A stretch of DNA of 64,000 bases, taken from Octopus vulgaris. Lineage: Eukaryota. The DNA lies in NCBI GenBank assembly GCA_951406725.2, contig OX597838.1, positions 42,718,001 through 42,782,000 on the forward strand, in the 5' to 3' direction. The notes under the pieces were generated by a model. It was given only the letters and a program-made list of their open reading frames with translations, was not told the DNA's origin and made no database searches. The position numbers were made by a program, and so were the translations under genes. Positions 41,401-55,010 of the stretch are shown here, piece by piece; position 1 is the first letter of the stretch; the number at the start of each line of letters is the position of its first letter.

Positions 41401-41600
41401 GAGAATTTGTTCCTGGCACACGTCCCAAATACAAACCAGGAAAAAAAGAAGAGATTTCATGGCCTAAAAATCAAAGTTACGGCCTTGAACACCAACACTG
41501 TTCATTGGGAACAACTCACATTGAACAGACGTGAATGGTAATCAATAATGTGGAACCACAATAACAGCAATTTGAGAAATGTGAATTAAGCACAAAGTAG
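38450..41600 (+). mobile_element. Old RTE-like LINE (APE + RT) with nested insertions
   Basis: PVDNGVKQGD (~40100-40135) and EL*YAEDCVLAAHS (~40830-40870, YADD-like). These are split by a younger RTE 3' fragment (~40150-40705), and a SINE lies at ~39460-39600. Confidence 0.7.
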
Positions 41601-42069
41601 AGACAAGCAACAGCCCCAAACTGCTGGAAGTTCTGCATGAAAGAGATAATCTCATCAGAACACTCTTTGGTCAGACTTTCAGAAGGAAGACTTTCTATCT
41701 CTGAAAGGGTCACATAGCAGGAGACCAAGATGGGAGGTTTTACACTCCAAACAGTGCCAACAGCCTCAGTGGAGCAATGCTGTCTTTTATGTCTAAAGAT
41801 GTATTTTGTCTGTTTTGGATGAATGCACAAAGATGGCGCCAGCATTTGTGCAATTCTTCACAATATTACGTACAACATTTTTCCTCAAAAGATTTGAGAC
41901 CAAACTGGTTGATCTGAGGGCCGATGGTAGAAATGCTGTCGTCTCTGTTATAGGCAGATGTCTATGATGCATAGAATTTCAGAAAGTCTGAAGGAAAATG
42001 GAAGCGGTTGACACAAACTGATTCCTTTAATTCAGGAACTCCATTACAACTTTCAGTTTACATCTCCTT

Positions 42070-42262
42070 TCAGGACTTTATTTTTCTGTCTGTACCCGTA
42101 AGGGATCTCAGACCCAGACTTTTTTTTTATTTATGCATTATTCTGGCTTGTACCAGTCAAATTTGATAAAGATTCACAGAAGTGGTGATACTGTTTGAAG
42201 ACAAACATTGATTAAATTTATATTATACACACATACATGCATGCACACACACACACATACAT

Positions 42263-42296
<34 letters not shown>

Positions 42297-44370
42297 ATCC
42301 ACGTGCTGTAGCATTTCTGTATGATCTTGGTTCTGTGTCGGTGTGATTCTGTTACAATTTTGAACCCAGAATTTTGAGTCTTGGACTTTTGAATATTTGT
42401 AACTTTCCAACCCTGCAGATTCCTTCCTGATAACAGTTGGTCAAGCTAGTGACTTGTGTTTTATTTATATTTCTAAATGAATAGATATGTTGGTAGAACC
42501 CCGAGTTTAAAGGTGTTCTCTGTTAAACCCACGTAGCATTTAGTTTTTGTTTTCAATGAGGATTTTTCTTTTGTTTCTGACAGATACTCAAGTGGACAAT
42601 TTTTTAAGCTTGTTACCATTGCATTTTCAGCATTAATACTACATGTGTAGGAAGGTGAGAAAGTTTGGTATGCACCTGTAATAGTGTTTACCCTTATTTC
42701 GGCTGAATAGTCTAAGAGTTCTCTGGTTATTAGAGAAAAAAATTAACCATAACCATACAAATGTTTGATTTGATAGAAAATTTGAAGCTAAAATCTTTGA
42801 ACGTATCAATTAGGCTCTTCTTAGTCCAACTTTTATTTAGGGACAAAATTAATTTGTCAACCTTGTAGCATCTGGATTCTAGTTTCTTAAATTTTCTCCT
42901 TGAAGCACCCAGGACAAATAATTGTATTAAATTGAGTATCTGAGCTTTATGAAAGTAATCTATAGGAATGTCAAATATGTTTGTGCCATTATGTGTGACC
43001 CAGAACGAGTTGTCATGGTCAATGTGTTGCTGAGAGTGAAGGCATAAAGTAAGAACAGTTTATTGAAGGGTGTTGATGATGATGATGTTGATGTTATGTA
43101 AATTTAGACTTGGCTTGCATGACATTTTAACTTTAACTGGCATTCCGTCAGTTGTGACAATGACGGTGCCAGTCAAGTCAATCAATGGAACAGCCTGAAA
43201 TTAGCGAGTCTAGGACATTTACCCCCACCCCATGGATAATAACCCCCACCAAGGACAACAGATGATGATTTAAAATTTCATGATATATTGGAGAGGGGTA
43301 ATTAACCAAGCAGGGTAATTGGCCTAGGGTAACTGTCTTGATACGGAAATTAACATGCAAGTGGCTGAATGCTCCACAGACATGTGTCGGCTAAATGTAG
43401 TTTTCAGGGAGATTCAGTGTGACACAGTGTGTGGCAAAGCTGGCCCCTTTGAAATACAGGGACTACTCAATGTTACCAGAACCACTAAGCCACACACCTT
43501 CACATTTTTGAACCAATCAAGGATTAAAGTGTTCGAATTAATCTTAAGGGGATTGAAAGCTGATCCCAAAATGCTGAGCCTTAGCATGGAGATAACAGGG
43601 AACTGAGATGTATAATGCAATGCTGTAGTCAAGAAGTCCTGCCCACCACAACAGAATTGAGATCCTAAAACTAAGGTGCCATATAAAAAGCACTGGTGTG
43701 GGCCAAAGTGTGAAGTGGTTGACATTAGGAAGGGCATCCAGCTGCAGAAACCAGACCCAAAAAAGACTGTGGAAACTGGTACAGCCCCTGTCCTTACCAG
43801 TTCCTGCCAAACCGTCCAACCCATGCCAGCATGGAAAACAGACATTAAATGATGTTGATGTCGATGGTAAGGATGACAAGCTGCCAGGCATTCTTCAACA
43901 CTGTCATCTTCCTTAAAGCTAGAAGTGAAATCTTTCACTCCATTGTTGTAGTTAGAGAAGTGTAGTGTTTGTAGGTTTCACAGTCTTATAAACGCTTCTT
44001 GTTTTACCAAATCCAAGATGTACGTTTTTGGAATTATGGCAAAACTTGCAGCCGACAAATCAAACATCTTGAAAGTTATTAGAATGTTGTTGGAAATATT
44101 TACCTTTCTCGTCATATTGAGCTGACCGATTTCCAATGCTTCTAATGTCTGGTTTTCAAGTGAGTACCTCCTTGCCCTGAAGCCACATTTGATGTTTGTA
44201 GACTCATCTTGTATTTCCTTCTTGAAGACACATAAATTCCAATACATGAGTTTAATCGGATGCTTGGTCTTGTAGACAAATTCCTTATTTGATTCCTGGT
44301 GGAACCAACACCCAAAACTTTTTACAACTCTTCAGTCATGGAAATATTCATAACTATGTACACCTGAAAT
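42070..44370 (-). mobile_element. Long degenerate Penelope-like element (N-terminus, RT, GIY-YIG) broken by nested insertions
   Basis: In order on the minus strand: IKLMYW../CGFRARRY..LEALE..LNM, KQEAFIRL, ILDWFKNV, FDIPIDYFHKAQILNLIQLFVL (FDI.MG...GA...L.GL-like), CYVGLTENTFK..YQH..SFRN (GIY-YIG). Confidence 0.75.
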
Positions 44371-45842
44371 ATACCAAAACATGAATTATATCATTGAGAG
44401 AAAATTCTTTAATTCTTTGACTAGTTTTTTTTCAGCTCAAAAGCTGTGGCCATGCTGGGGCACAGCCTTGCTTTTATGTAGTTTTACTTCCTTAATCTAT
44501 ATATCATATTTTGTATTCTTTATTTTGTGTGTGTGTGGGCGTGTGAGGAAATGATGTGGGACCAGGAGTTGTGGCTATTTGCTGCACTTGAAAAGACGCA
44601 TCAAGCCAAGCAAAACTGCTGCCATCCATCCATACAGGCTTGTCCATTACAGGTGCCAGTGCCAGCGCTGCATGAATGCACCTGTGCCAGTGGAATGTAA
44701 AAGGCACCCAGCCCACTCTGTAAAGTGGTTTGCATTGGGAAGGGCATCCAGCTGTAGAAACCATGCGAAAATAGATAATGGAGCTTTGCCAGCTCCTGTC
44801 AAATCGTTTGACCCATGCCAACATGGAAGATGGATGTTAAGTGATGATGACAATACAGATATAATCCTTTCTACTGGAAGCACAATTTGGGGGAAGGGAT
44901 TAAATCGATTACATCGACCCAGTGCATAACGGGCACTTATTTAATTGACCCTGAAAGGATGAAAGGCAAAGTCAACCCTGGGCGGAATTTGAACTTAGAA
45001 TGTAGCAGCAGACAAAATACTGCTGAGCACTTTGGCCGACCTGCTAACGATTCTGCCAGTTCACCCACCTGATGATACATATATAATATCGAAACACTCT
45101 ACACACTCTGACATTCCATAAAACAAAAATAAGATTCATTCTTTGTCTGTGGCTTGGTACCAGACCATCCAAGGTCTGGCGCTGACCTATGGCCTGATGG
45201 TTGGAGACCCTGAATCTAGAGTACAGCTATGTAAATAAAACTATCCACCATAGAAGGCATGATTACTAACTGCCCTATTTAGCAGTTGAATAATCTATGC
45301 TATTGGATAGGGAAGTGGAGAGAGAGAGTACATCTTCCCTGAGGAGTGAACAACAGATTCTGAAACAGTTTGTCAAGAGACACCATCCCAGGGTGTTCTT
45401 CTGCACATTGACAAGAAGAAAAGTATTTATATTCGTGTAGAGTTCACCATCAAAGTTAAGGCTTTCTAATATTTCATATTTATTTCAGTACTTAGGATTC
45501 CCAATATCTTGTGGTTAAGAGAAATATATATATATTTCTCATCTCATTTCATCTTCTTTGACCCCAAAACCCTCCCAGGATTAACTGGGCAGAATCCTCA
45601 TACACACCTTCCATCGAGTCCTGCCAGAAGCAACAGCCTCCAATTAATCCAGTTGGATCTCCAAGCAGGACCAACCAAGCTCACAAACATAAATATCTGT
45701 TGACAGGAAGAGCATCCAACCCTAGAAAATCTGTCTTAACAAATTCCAACCCACACAAGCACAGAAAAGTGGGCATTAAAACTAAAGAAAATATATACAC
45801 ACATACTCTCGTGTGTGTATATATACACACACACACACACAA

Positions 45843-46052
45843 AGGTTTGCTGAAAAGTTCCTGGTTTTAAGGGTGTTTCATGAAAGGCCTGACTGGAAGC
45901 CCAACCTTTGAAGTCCTTTTACAAGGCTTAGAAAAACTGAAGGACCGCCGCAATAATTGTGTGAATCTGAGAGGGGAATGTGTTGCACAAAATCATAACT
46001 GATCCTTCTGTATTTCCTTTTACCCAAAGCCAGGAACTTGTCAGCACCCCCT
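45843..46052. mobile_element. mariner-derived MITE
   Basis: Inverted ends tgctgaaaagttcctggtttt / aaagccaggaacttgtcagca. Confidence 0.65.
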
Positions 46053-46112
<60 letters not shown>

Positions 46113-47719
46113 TAGCAAGAGAGAGAGAGAGAACGAGAGAGAGTGTATATGCAAGCTTATGTGTCTATATGTTAAAGTGTGTATGTGTGCATAGACAGGA
46201 AGAGGAGGCAAAATGAGTAATTTCTGATTTCTCATTTTCTTCCTACCTCTCTGAAACCATTGTGATGCAGGTATGGCATCATCTTTGAGAGCAAATATTG
46301 GTCAGCATGGTGGTTGCTGTGGAGAGAATTTGGAACGTAGTCGGATGAGAGAAATTTTTCCTCAACTTTGACCCATTTGTAATTGAGGTTGCTAATAAAG
46401 CATCTGGATAATTTTTGATGTTTAATGATCAATATTCTTTTCTGCTGTATTCAAAGCGAATTTTTCTCCCAAACTAATGTCTAATTTGATAATTTTCAAA
46501 AAATTATGTTGAAAATGAGATAAAACGAGTAATGACTCATTTCAATAATTTCTTCTCTTTAATTGCATGCGGCATAAATATATCAGGAACAGAGCCATTC
46601 CAGCAGATTGTGAAGAAGCAATAAAAGATATTGTATGCCGAGTTTCATATTATGTGCCATTTTTCCATGATCCTCTTTCATTTGACCTAAATATTTGAAA
46701 TTTTTTATTGCATTTTTTATCTCTCTTATCTTATAAGGATGGATATTGATATGTGTGAGAATCTTTTCCCAAATGTAATTTTGAAGAACAAAAAAAAAAA
46801 AAAAGAGATTTACCTTATCTAGTTTTGCTCAATTTGCCCCACCTAAATTTGTCTTTTGTCTGCTCAAAGAGAACAGCGCTTATTTTCTGATAAAGTGTTT
46901 TGAATGCATTCAGACAAGGATTATTTGCTCAGCTGAATTATTTTTTTGTAGTGAACATTGGTAAAACATTTTGTTTGTTTTCTCAAAGTAGTAAATCTGA
47001 CTCATTCTGCCCCCCACACACACACACACACATTATGGCTACATCAAGTTATGGAATTTCACACTTACAGAAATTTCAAAGAATAAACCTTTAATTTTGG
47101 GATATGGTGTGTAATTTCACTCTTATGTTAATTAAGACCAAAATATATCGTTAATGATTTGGGAAACTATCATCACTTGCATAATCATCGTTTAATGTCC
47201 ATTTTCCCTGCTGGCATGGGTTGGACGGTTTGACCAGAGCCAGTCAGCAAGACAGCTGCACCAGATTCCAGGCTTTGTCTGTTTTGGGTTTGGTTTCTAT
47301 GGCTGGGTGCCTTTCCAGAGTGCACTAGGGCACAGGTGCCCTTTTACGTGTCACTGGCTACGACCATCATTTCCCTTAGGTTGACATGTCTTCTCAAGAC
47401 AGCAAAATGCCAGAAGTTTCGGTCACTTGTCTTTGCCTCCATGAGAAGCAACTACTGAAGATCATATTTCACAACCTGGTCCCACATCTTCCACGGGTCC
47501 CCTCCACAGCTCTTCTCACCCATACACATCACATGACCATACCAGTGCAGTCTTCTCTCTTGCACATCACACCTGATGCCTCTTTATACCCAATTTTTCC
47601 TTTCAGGCAAGGATTACACGCTGTCATACACGCACACTGACATTGAACATCCAATGGAGCATACTGGCTTCATTTCTTTCAAGCTTTCCTCTGTCCTCTG
47701 CGGCCACAGCCCATGTTTC

Positions 47720-49830
47720 ACTGGGGCTGAAGGTAATTGTGTGAAAAGGAACTGTAAAGGGATTCCACTGGATACTAAACTTGAGGTTTTAAAAAGACTG
47801 GATGCAGAAGTAAAACCAAGTTATATTGCCAAAATATTTAATCTTGGAACATCTAGAGAGAGAAAATGAAGTCAAGTGCTGAGGAAGCTGCTGTTCCCTT
47901 TCTGGGCCTTATTTCGCCATCAATCCTTAGGAAGGAATAACTTTCGAGTGTATGAACTAAGGATCAGAATCAGCATAAATGAGCTTAAAATTCGTGAAGA
48001 CTTGCAGAAGCAGGGAGGTAAAACTTTTAATGAAAAACCCTTTGGAATCGGTCTTTGTGTTTTTGGTCTCTAAAGACTGGTTTGAAAAGTTAAAGAGCAA
48101 GAATTTGCACAACATGAAAATGACTGTGAGTGCTGATACAGAGACTGCTACTAATTATCCTGGCCAGTTGCAGAAAATGATTGCTGAAGGGGTCTACACA
48201 CCAGACACAAGTATACAATGTGGATGGAACTGCACTTTTCTGGAAGCGCATGTCAGCTAGAACATATTTGCTTCTCTAGAAGTGAAATCAAAAACCAGGA
48301 TTTAAAGCTTCCAAAATTCGTCTGACACTTGTTTTGGGAGGAAATGGTGCTGGTAATATGAAATTAAAGCTCCTACACGTGTATCCTTCAGAAAATCTAA
48401 GAGCTTTCAAGGGCTACGCAAAATTTAATCGACCTCTGATTTTGCGTTCAAATAAGGAGGCATGGATGGCTAAGAGCCTTTTCAAAGAGTGGCTTACAAA
48501 TGTTTTTTTGTCCTGCAGTGGAAAGGTACAGTGCCAGATATAATATTCCTATCAAAGCCATTGCTTCTTTTAGACAATGCACCAAGCCAGCAACTTAGAT
48601 GACCTTTCTGATAATATACACTAGAATCTCCCAAGAATACAACTTCTTGGCTCGAGTCCATGGATCAAGGCATATTAGAGGAAAAGAACCTTCAAACAAC
48701 TTATGAAAGCAACTGACAGGCAAGATAAAAGCCATTTACTCTTTTACTTGTTTTAGTCATTTGACTGTGGCCATGCTGGAGCACCACCTTTAGTCGAGCA
48801 AATCAGCCCCAGGACTTGTTCTTTGTAAGTCTAGTACTTATTCTATCGGTCTCTTTTGCCGAACTGCTAAGTTATGGGGATGTAAACACACCAGCATCGG
48901 TTGTCAAGCGATGTTGGGGGGGGACAAACACAGACACATACGTATACATATATACGACAGGCTTCTTTCAGTTTCCGTCTACCAAATCCACTCACAAGTC
49001 TTTGGTCGGCCCGGGGCTATAGTAGAAGACACTTGTCCAAAGTGCCATAGTAGGAAAAATTCAACATAATGGATGCTATGGATAAAATGGCTGAGTCATG
49101 AAACTTTCAACTTTGAATGGTGCTTAGGAAAAAAGTCTATGGTCAGCTGTATCCATAGAAAGTCTACATGAAATGCAGAAAGATATGCCACTTGCAAAGG
49201 ACGTAGGATGTGAAGAATAGAGGATAATTTGTGATTGAGTTGCTAGTGTACCTGGGAGGAAGTTTATCAAATGAGGAACTGATGCTGGTGGGAAAAGGAC
49301 AAGTTGAGAAGACAGACGAGACAACAAAAATCTATGCTAAAGGGTTGGCACTTATGGAAGGTCTGCAAGATTTTGTTGATGATGATGATTGGAACCGTGA
49401 CGGCAACAAAAATTACGAAGGGAGTTCAGTTCCTATAAGAGATGATGAACTTTGGATTAAGTTCTTCATCCCTCAAGTTGATGTTCGTGATAATAAAGTG
49501 TGAAAAATAGTAAATACAGTTCCTCGTCCTCCGAGCAACGTCCATTCCACCACCACCACCATCCCTCACACAGTAATCAATATGTTTTGTGGCAAGACCG
49601 TATTCTTACAATATTACGATTCTTATTAATTCCAGAACTTATTCCTCGTGAAATGTTTTTTGGGGTTTTTTTATGTTCTTGTCAATCATTTGTTTATTTT
49701 CCCGAAAAACTCCGACGAACGCAAACTCACTTCATAATAGGAGAAGTCAAATGGCAAATAGGAATATTAATTTCGCGTTACGGCCAAATTTTCAGGAACG
49801 CATTATTTCCGTAAAGCAAAGGATTCCTGC
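47720..49830 (+). mobile_element. Tigger/pogo (CENP-B HTH + DDE_1) transposon remnant with a SINE inserted at ~48735-49050
   Basis: LDTKLEVLKRLD..., SADTETA...Y.P, YNVDGTALFWKRM, GFKASK.RLTLVLGGN.AG.MKLK.L.VY.SEN.RAFKG, LLLDNAP and MDQG motifs. Confidence 0.85.
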
Positions 49831-50077
49831 ATATGTTTGCGTGTTGTGCATATATACTTGTGTGTATATACGCTTGTAAATGTGTGTGTGTGTGTGTATA
49901 TATATACAATATACAAACGCATGTACATACAGGGCTATATATACACACACACATGCCTGTACCCAGTATATACACAATACACAAAAGCAAAGTTTTCAAA
50001 GATCAGCTTATATATATATATTACATACATAATATGTATATATATACAAACATAATACATATATATACATACATAAT

Positions 50078-50108
<31 letters not shown>

Positions 50109-50156
50109 CATACATAATACATATATATATACATAATACATATATATATATACATA

Positions 50157-50199
<43 letters not shown>

Positions 50200-50629
50200 C
50201 ATACATATATATATACATGTGTGTGCGTGTGTGGCTGTCATCGACCGTGTTAAATAATCTGAGGAGAGATTGAGTAATAAATAAAGCAAAGGTTCTCTCC
50301 TCCGACAGGAACAGAAAAGACCCAGGGTTGTAAGGAGAACCGCGACAACAAACGGATTCTTCTTCTTCTTCTTCTTATTTATTGTAATAATCCGTCATTT
50401 TTAATGAGAATCTTTGGAAAGAGAGAAAGATTTTTCTTCTTTCTAATAAAAGGGGTCGGATTATTCACAACAGAAGAAAGAAAAAAAGGATTATTATTAT
50501 TATTATTATCCTAATTAATGTCCTTTTGTCAGTTTCCCAGTTGTAGGATGTTGTTTTGTAAACAATGCTCGCAGCCAGCATATGTGGGTCTGGGCAGTCG
50601 TATATTGTGTGTATATATATATATATATA

Positions 50630-50830
50630 TATAGATATGTGTGTGTATATACACACATGCAGATATATGTGTGTGTATATACACACATGCAGATATAGAT
50701 ATGTGTGTGTATATACACACATGCAGATATAGATATGTGTGTGTATATACACACATGCGGATATAGATATGTGTGTGTATATACACACATGCAGATATAA
50801 GTGTGTGTGTGTGAGTATACACATGCGGAG
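50630..50830. repeat. ~28-34-bp minisatellite with self-complementary units
   Basis: Approximately 6 copies of (atag)atatgtgtgtgtatatacacacatgcag. Confidence 0.9.
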
Positions 50831-50862
<32 letters not shown>

Positions 50863-51160
50863 ACATAAAGATATATACATATGTACATACATATATACAC
50901 GTAACTATGCATGTACACACATATATACATAATTTCATCAAAAATTAAAACTAATTAACAAGAATAGTTTTCAATCTCACCACTTTGTACACACAACACA
51001 CACACACATGTGTGTGTGCGTGTGTATATATATATATATTATATATATACACGCATAAATGTTTGGAACCAAAGGAAGTCTGTCTCTCTCTCTCTCTCTC
51101 TCTCTAACAGCTGAAACAGTTTAAAATGTGAAATAAATAAATGATGCCGGTGTTACTTAC

Positions 51161-51370
51161 CGCTTGAAAAGTAAATGTAAAAAGTTATCAAAACGTGGAA
51201 GTTGTCACGGTTGGAAGGAAGAAAGAGAGGAGGAGGAGGAGAAGGAAGGAGGAAGAAGGAGGAAGGAGATGGAGACGGCGGAGGGGGACAGCAGCAGCTG
51301 CTGATGGCGGTGGCGGTGGTGGTGGTGGGGGAGGGGGAGGATTTTAATGAAACTGACGATTACAGGACAC
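51161..51370 (-). other. Candidate non-coding first (5' UTR) exon / promoter region of E78
   Basis: Consensus donor AGCG|gtaagt at 51161/51160. CpG-retaining, non-transposon sequence with no ATG, lying between the NUP50 3' end and the E78 A/B exon. Upstream boundary is a guess. Confidence 0.35.
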
Positions 51371-51401
<31 letters not shown>

Positions 51402-51899
51402 CGCAGGGAGAGACAGAAAGATAGATATGTGGTTTATATATATATATATACAATAATATATATATGTGTGTGTGTGTGTGTTTGTTGGTCTATTTGGATC
51501 TTTTCACTTTGACCGGCAGATTTTTAGAATAAAGATCCGTCTATTTAAATATCAATATATATATTTGAATATATTTGTGCGTGTGCGTGTGTATGCATAT
51601 TTACATTGTATGTGTGTGTATATGCATGCGTATTTACAGCATGTGTGTGTGTGTATGTGTATTTGTGTCGTGTAAATGCATGTGCGTGTGTATGCACATG
51701 TATGTATGTGTGTGTGTACGCGTGTACGTTTATGTTTATATTTGAAGAGGCTGGGAATTATTACTTTAATCCCGATTTAATTCACAGTTAAACGTTAAAT
51801 ATGTTTGTCCATTGATCTGGTATTGCTGATTTATCTTTAATAAATATTTCATTTTCAAGTTTTACCCCGGTTTCTGAAAGAGAAAGGAAATTACCCATG

Positions 51900-53770
51900 A
51901 TTCATTAGTGAGAGGCGGTAAGATGGAGCAGATGAGGATGAGAGAGAGAGAGAGAAGAGAATGTCTGTAACGTGTGGGGTGGATAGTAAAGAGAAAGTAG
52001 AAGATCGATGGATGTGTAAAAGAGAGAAGGGAGAAATGAAGACGGGAAGATGTTATTACCGACATGAAAGAAGAGGGGAAAAGAAAACGGGTTGAGTGGT
52101 AAATGAATGAAAGTGATGGAGAAGAGAGTTGGAACAATGAGAAAAGGAAAATAGTGAATGGAGAGAGAGAGAGAGAGGAGTGTGTGATAGGTTTTAAGAG
52201 AGAAGGGTAAATAGAAATAGGAAGAGTGAATAAAAGGATTGTAAATCAGGGTGAAGCCGTTTGGTATAAAATAAAGAAGGGAGATCGAGATATGTAAGCA
52301 ATGAATGGAAGGAGAATGGAGATGGAAATGAAGAGTATATAAGGAAGCATGGATTGAATAATAGAGAAGGGAGATATAAGTAACGAAAGAAGAGAGAAGG
52401 GATTAAGAGAGAAAAGGAGAAGGACAAGAGAGAGAGAGAGAAGTAATGAAAGGGAGGATTGAAGATGGAGAGGAAGAAATTAGCGGAGGAATAAAAAGAA
52501 ACATGAATGAGAGAGGATACAGGAAATGAACAGAGATAGGCACGGAAAGAATGGATTTTTGAAAAACCCAGGGAATCGATGTTTATGAGAGAGAGAGAGA
52601 ACAAAACAACAATGGAGAAGGAAGAATATGAAAAAGAGAAGGAAAGAGAAATAAAGGAAGGAGGAAAATGAGAGCAGAGTATATAAGAGAAAGAAAAGGT
52701 TATAAGAATTGTAGAAAGTGAAAGACGGGGAAGTAACAAAAATGTGAGAAAGAGAAGCAAAATGTGTGGAAGATAGCGAATGTTATGTAAAAATGAGGAT
52801 AATTAAGAGAAAAGTGAATAGGAATGAGAGAAAAATGAACGAGAATAACTATAAAAATGGAAGTTACGATGAGACGAGGTTCCAAAATGAAATTCTTAAA
52901 GAGATTTCAACTTTTGAACCAAAAGTAGAATGGTGAAAATATTAAAAGGGAAGCAGAAATTGGTTGGGAAAGAAACAGAGAAAGAATATGAGGCAAAAAC
53001 TGTAGAAGACGGATTGGAGAAGAAAGCGAATGAGAGAGAGATAAAGAAGAGATTAATTCTATAATGCCAAAGAAGTGGAGTGCGATAGAATTGGAGGTAA
53101 ACTTATTGCGATATAAATCTGAAAAGCTGAGTTCAATAACGAGTCAACCATAATTATTTTCAGAAATATTAAATTTATGAGATAAACTCCATAATTATTT
53201 TATTTTTAGGAAAGTTCATTGAAGTTAAATTGCAGCGGGGGGGGGAAGAATCTAAGACTTTGGGTCCTGGAGAGAGGAGGGAAAGACAAGATAGGTATAT
53301 AGATAGAGAGAGGGGGAGTTAGATAGAGAGAAAGAGAGAGAGAGAGAGAATGATGTTGTCATTTTGTGAGAAAGTAAATGATGAAGACAATGAGTTGAAA
53401 GCGTGAGGAATAGTGAGAGGGTCAATAGTGTGGGGGTAGGAGGAAAGGGCGGGAAGATAGAGAGAAGGTAGAAGGATGCAAAGCATTAGGGTGGGTAGTA
53501 GGAAGAGGTAACGTTAAAGATAGAGAGAGGGAAAGAGGGAAGAGAGAAAGACAAACAAAGCGCAGAGAAGCTATTTAAAAATATTCAACTAAAATACATT
53601 CATAGAATATTTTTTAGAAAGGGGGGATGTGGGGTATGGAGGGGGGACCAGAGAGAGAGAGAGATGGGAACGACGGGGGAGGATGTTAAGAATGGAAGAT
53701 GGGTGAGGCATAGAGAAGGGATTGAAGTAAGGAGAGAGAGAGAGGAAAGCAAAGAGTAAGGACCACACCT
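51900..53770 (+). other. ~1.9-kb purine-rich (GA) low-complexity tract
   Basis: Strong A/G excess on the + strand with many GAGA runs. No recognisable transposon or protein motif. Confidence 0.8.
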
Positions 53771-54312
53771 AGAAAATAATGGTAAGAAGGCTAACAAATA
53801 AATTCTTTAGAACGGCCAAATTAGCCAGAAGTCTCAACCATACAAACGCGTTCACATCTGTGTATATGCATTCATACAAAGAAGCCATAACATACACACG
53901 CACACACACATGGCATTTATAAAAAGAAATCTGGGAAAATTTTGATAGAGGAAGCAGCTGTGAATGGCCACAGAAGTGGTGAGTGTGATGGAAGGCAGAT
54001 TCGGAGGGAGTCAAGGTGTTTATTCCAAACTTTGTTGTGCAATGGTTCCTACATTGAAGAAAGATTCTTTATTTTGAACCTTGTTTGAACCCTGGTGTTG
54101 GAGAACACCACACAACTCAAAGATGAGCAGCAAAGTGACTGAGTGGATTAAAAAGAGAACATGGTGGTTAAGCAGTTTGTTTCTCAACCACATGGTTTCA
54201 GGTTCAGTCCCACTGCATGGCACCTTGGGCAAGTGTCTTCTTCTATAGCCCACCAAAACCTTGTAATTTGGTAGGTGAATACTGAAAGAAGCCCTTTATA
54301 TAAATATATATA

Positions 54313-55010
54313 CAGGGTAGGCCAGGGAGGATGGACGTTTTTGAAATGGCTATTACTCAGCCCCAAGGGGAGGAACATGTGTCCGACAGGTACCATTTGG
54401 TCCATGGTGTCTTAGCATGTTTTTGTTTTTGTTTCTTTTCAGGTAACTATGCACAGTGGCTTAATGTCAGATGGAAGCAATTTTTGAGGCGAATGACAAT
54501 CTCGTTTTGCTAATGAGTGATGAAGCGCATTTTCATCTCAATGGCATGGTGAATCAACAGAACTGTCATTGTTGGGCTCTTGAAAATCCGAGAGAACTGC
54601 ATGAAGGACCACTGCACAGCCCAAAAGTGACGGTCAGGTGTGCTGTTGGAAAAGCTGCCATCATTGGTCCTTATGTTTTTGAAGACAATAACGGAAACAC
54701 TGTTACTGTGGACTCCAACCATTACATCGAGATAATAAACAACTTCTTTGTACCTGAATTACAATGAAAACAGATGCTTCTTCGACATCTGCAATTTTAG
54801 CAGGATGGGGCAATGGCCCACACAGCCAGAGCATCAATGGACATTCTTCGCCTTCTCTTCGGTGACTGCCTCATTTCCAGGTTTGCTGACATTCCCTCGG
54901 TCCCTTGATTTGACCATGCGTAATTATTTTTTGTGGGGAAACCTCAAAGTACCATGTGTATGTGCACAAGCCCTGTACATTGGACGATTTGAAGGAAGCT
55001 ATTCGTCCTA
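54313..55010 (+). mobile_element. Tc1/mariner-superfamily transposase remnant
   Basis: TA|CAGGG start. ORF 54471-54767 MSDEAHFHLNG.VNQQN..W..NP....PLHSPKVTV...IIGPY.F, followed by F*QDGA.AH and SLDLT..YFLWG.LK. Confidence 0.85.

Noticed and set aside
44105-44362. Apparent exon with strong AG/GT signals on the minus strand
   Set aside because: Stops in all three frames, and the translation fits the Penelope N-terminal region.
49778-52885. Numerous 60-190-aa ORFs (YIYI, CVCV, HTHT, FSL-rich)
   Set aside because: Translations of microsatellites and the purine tract.
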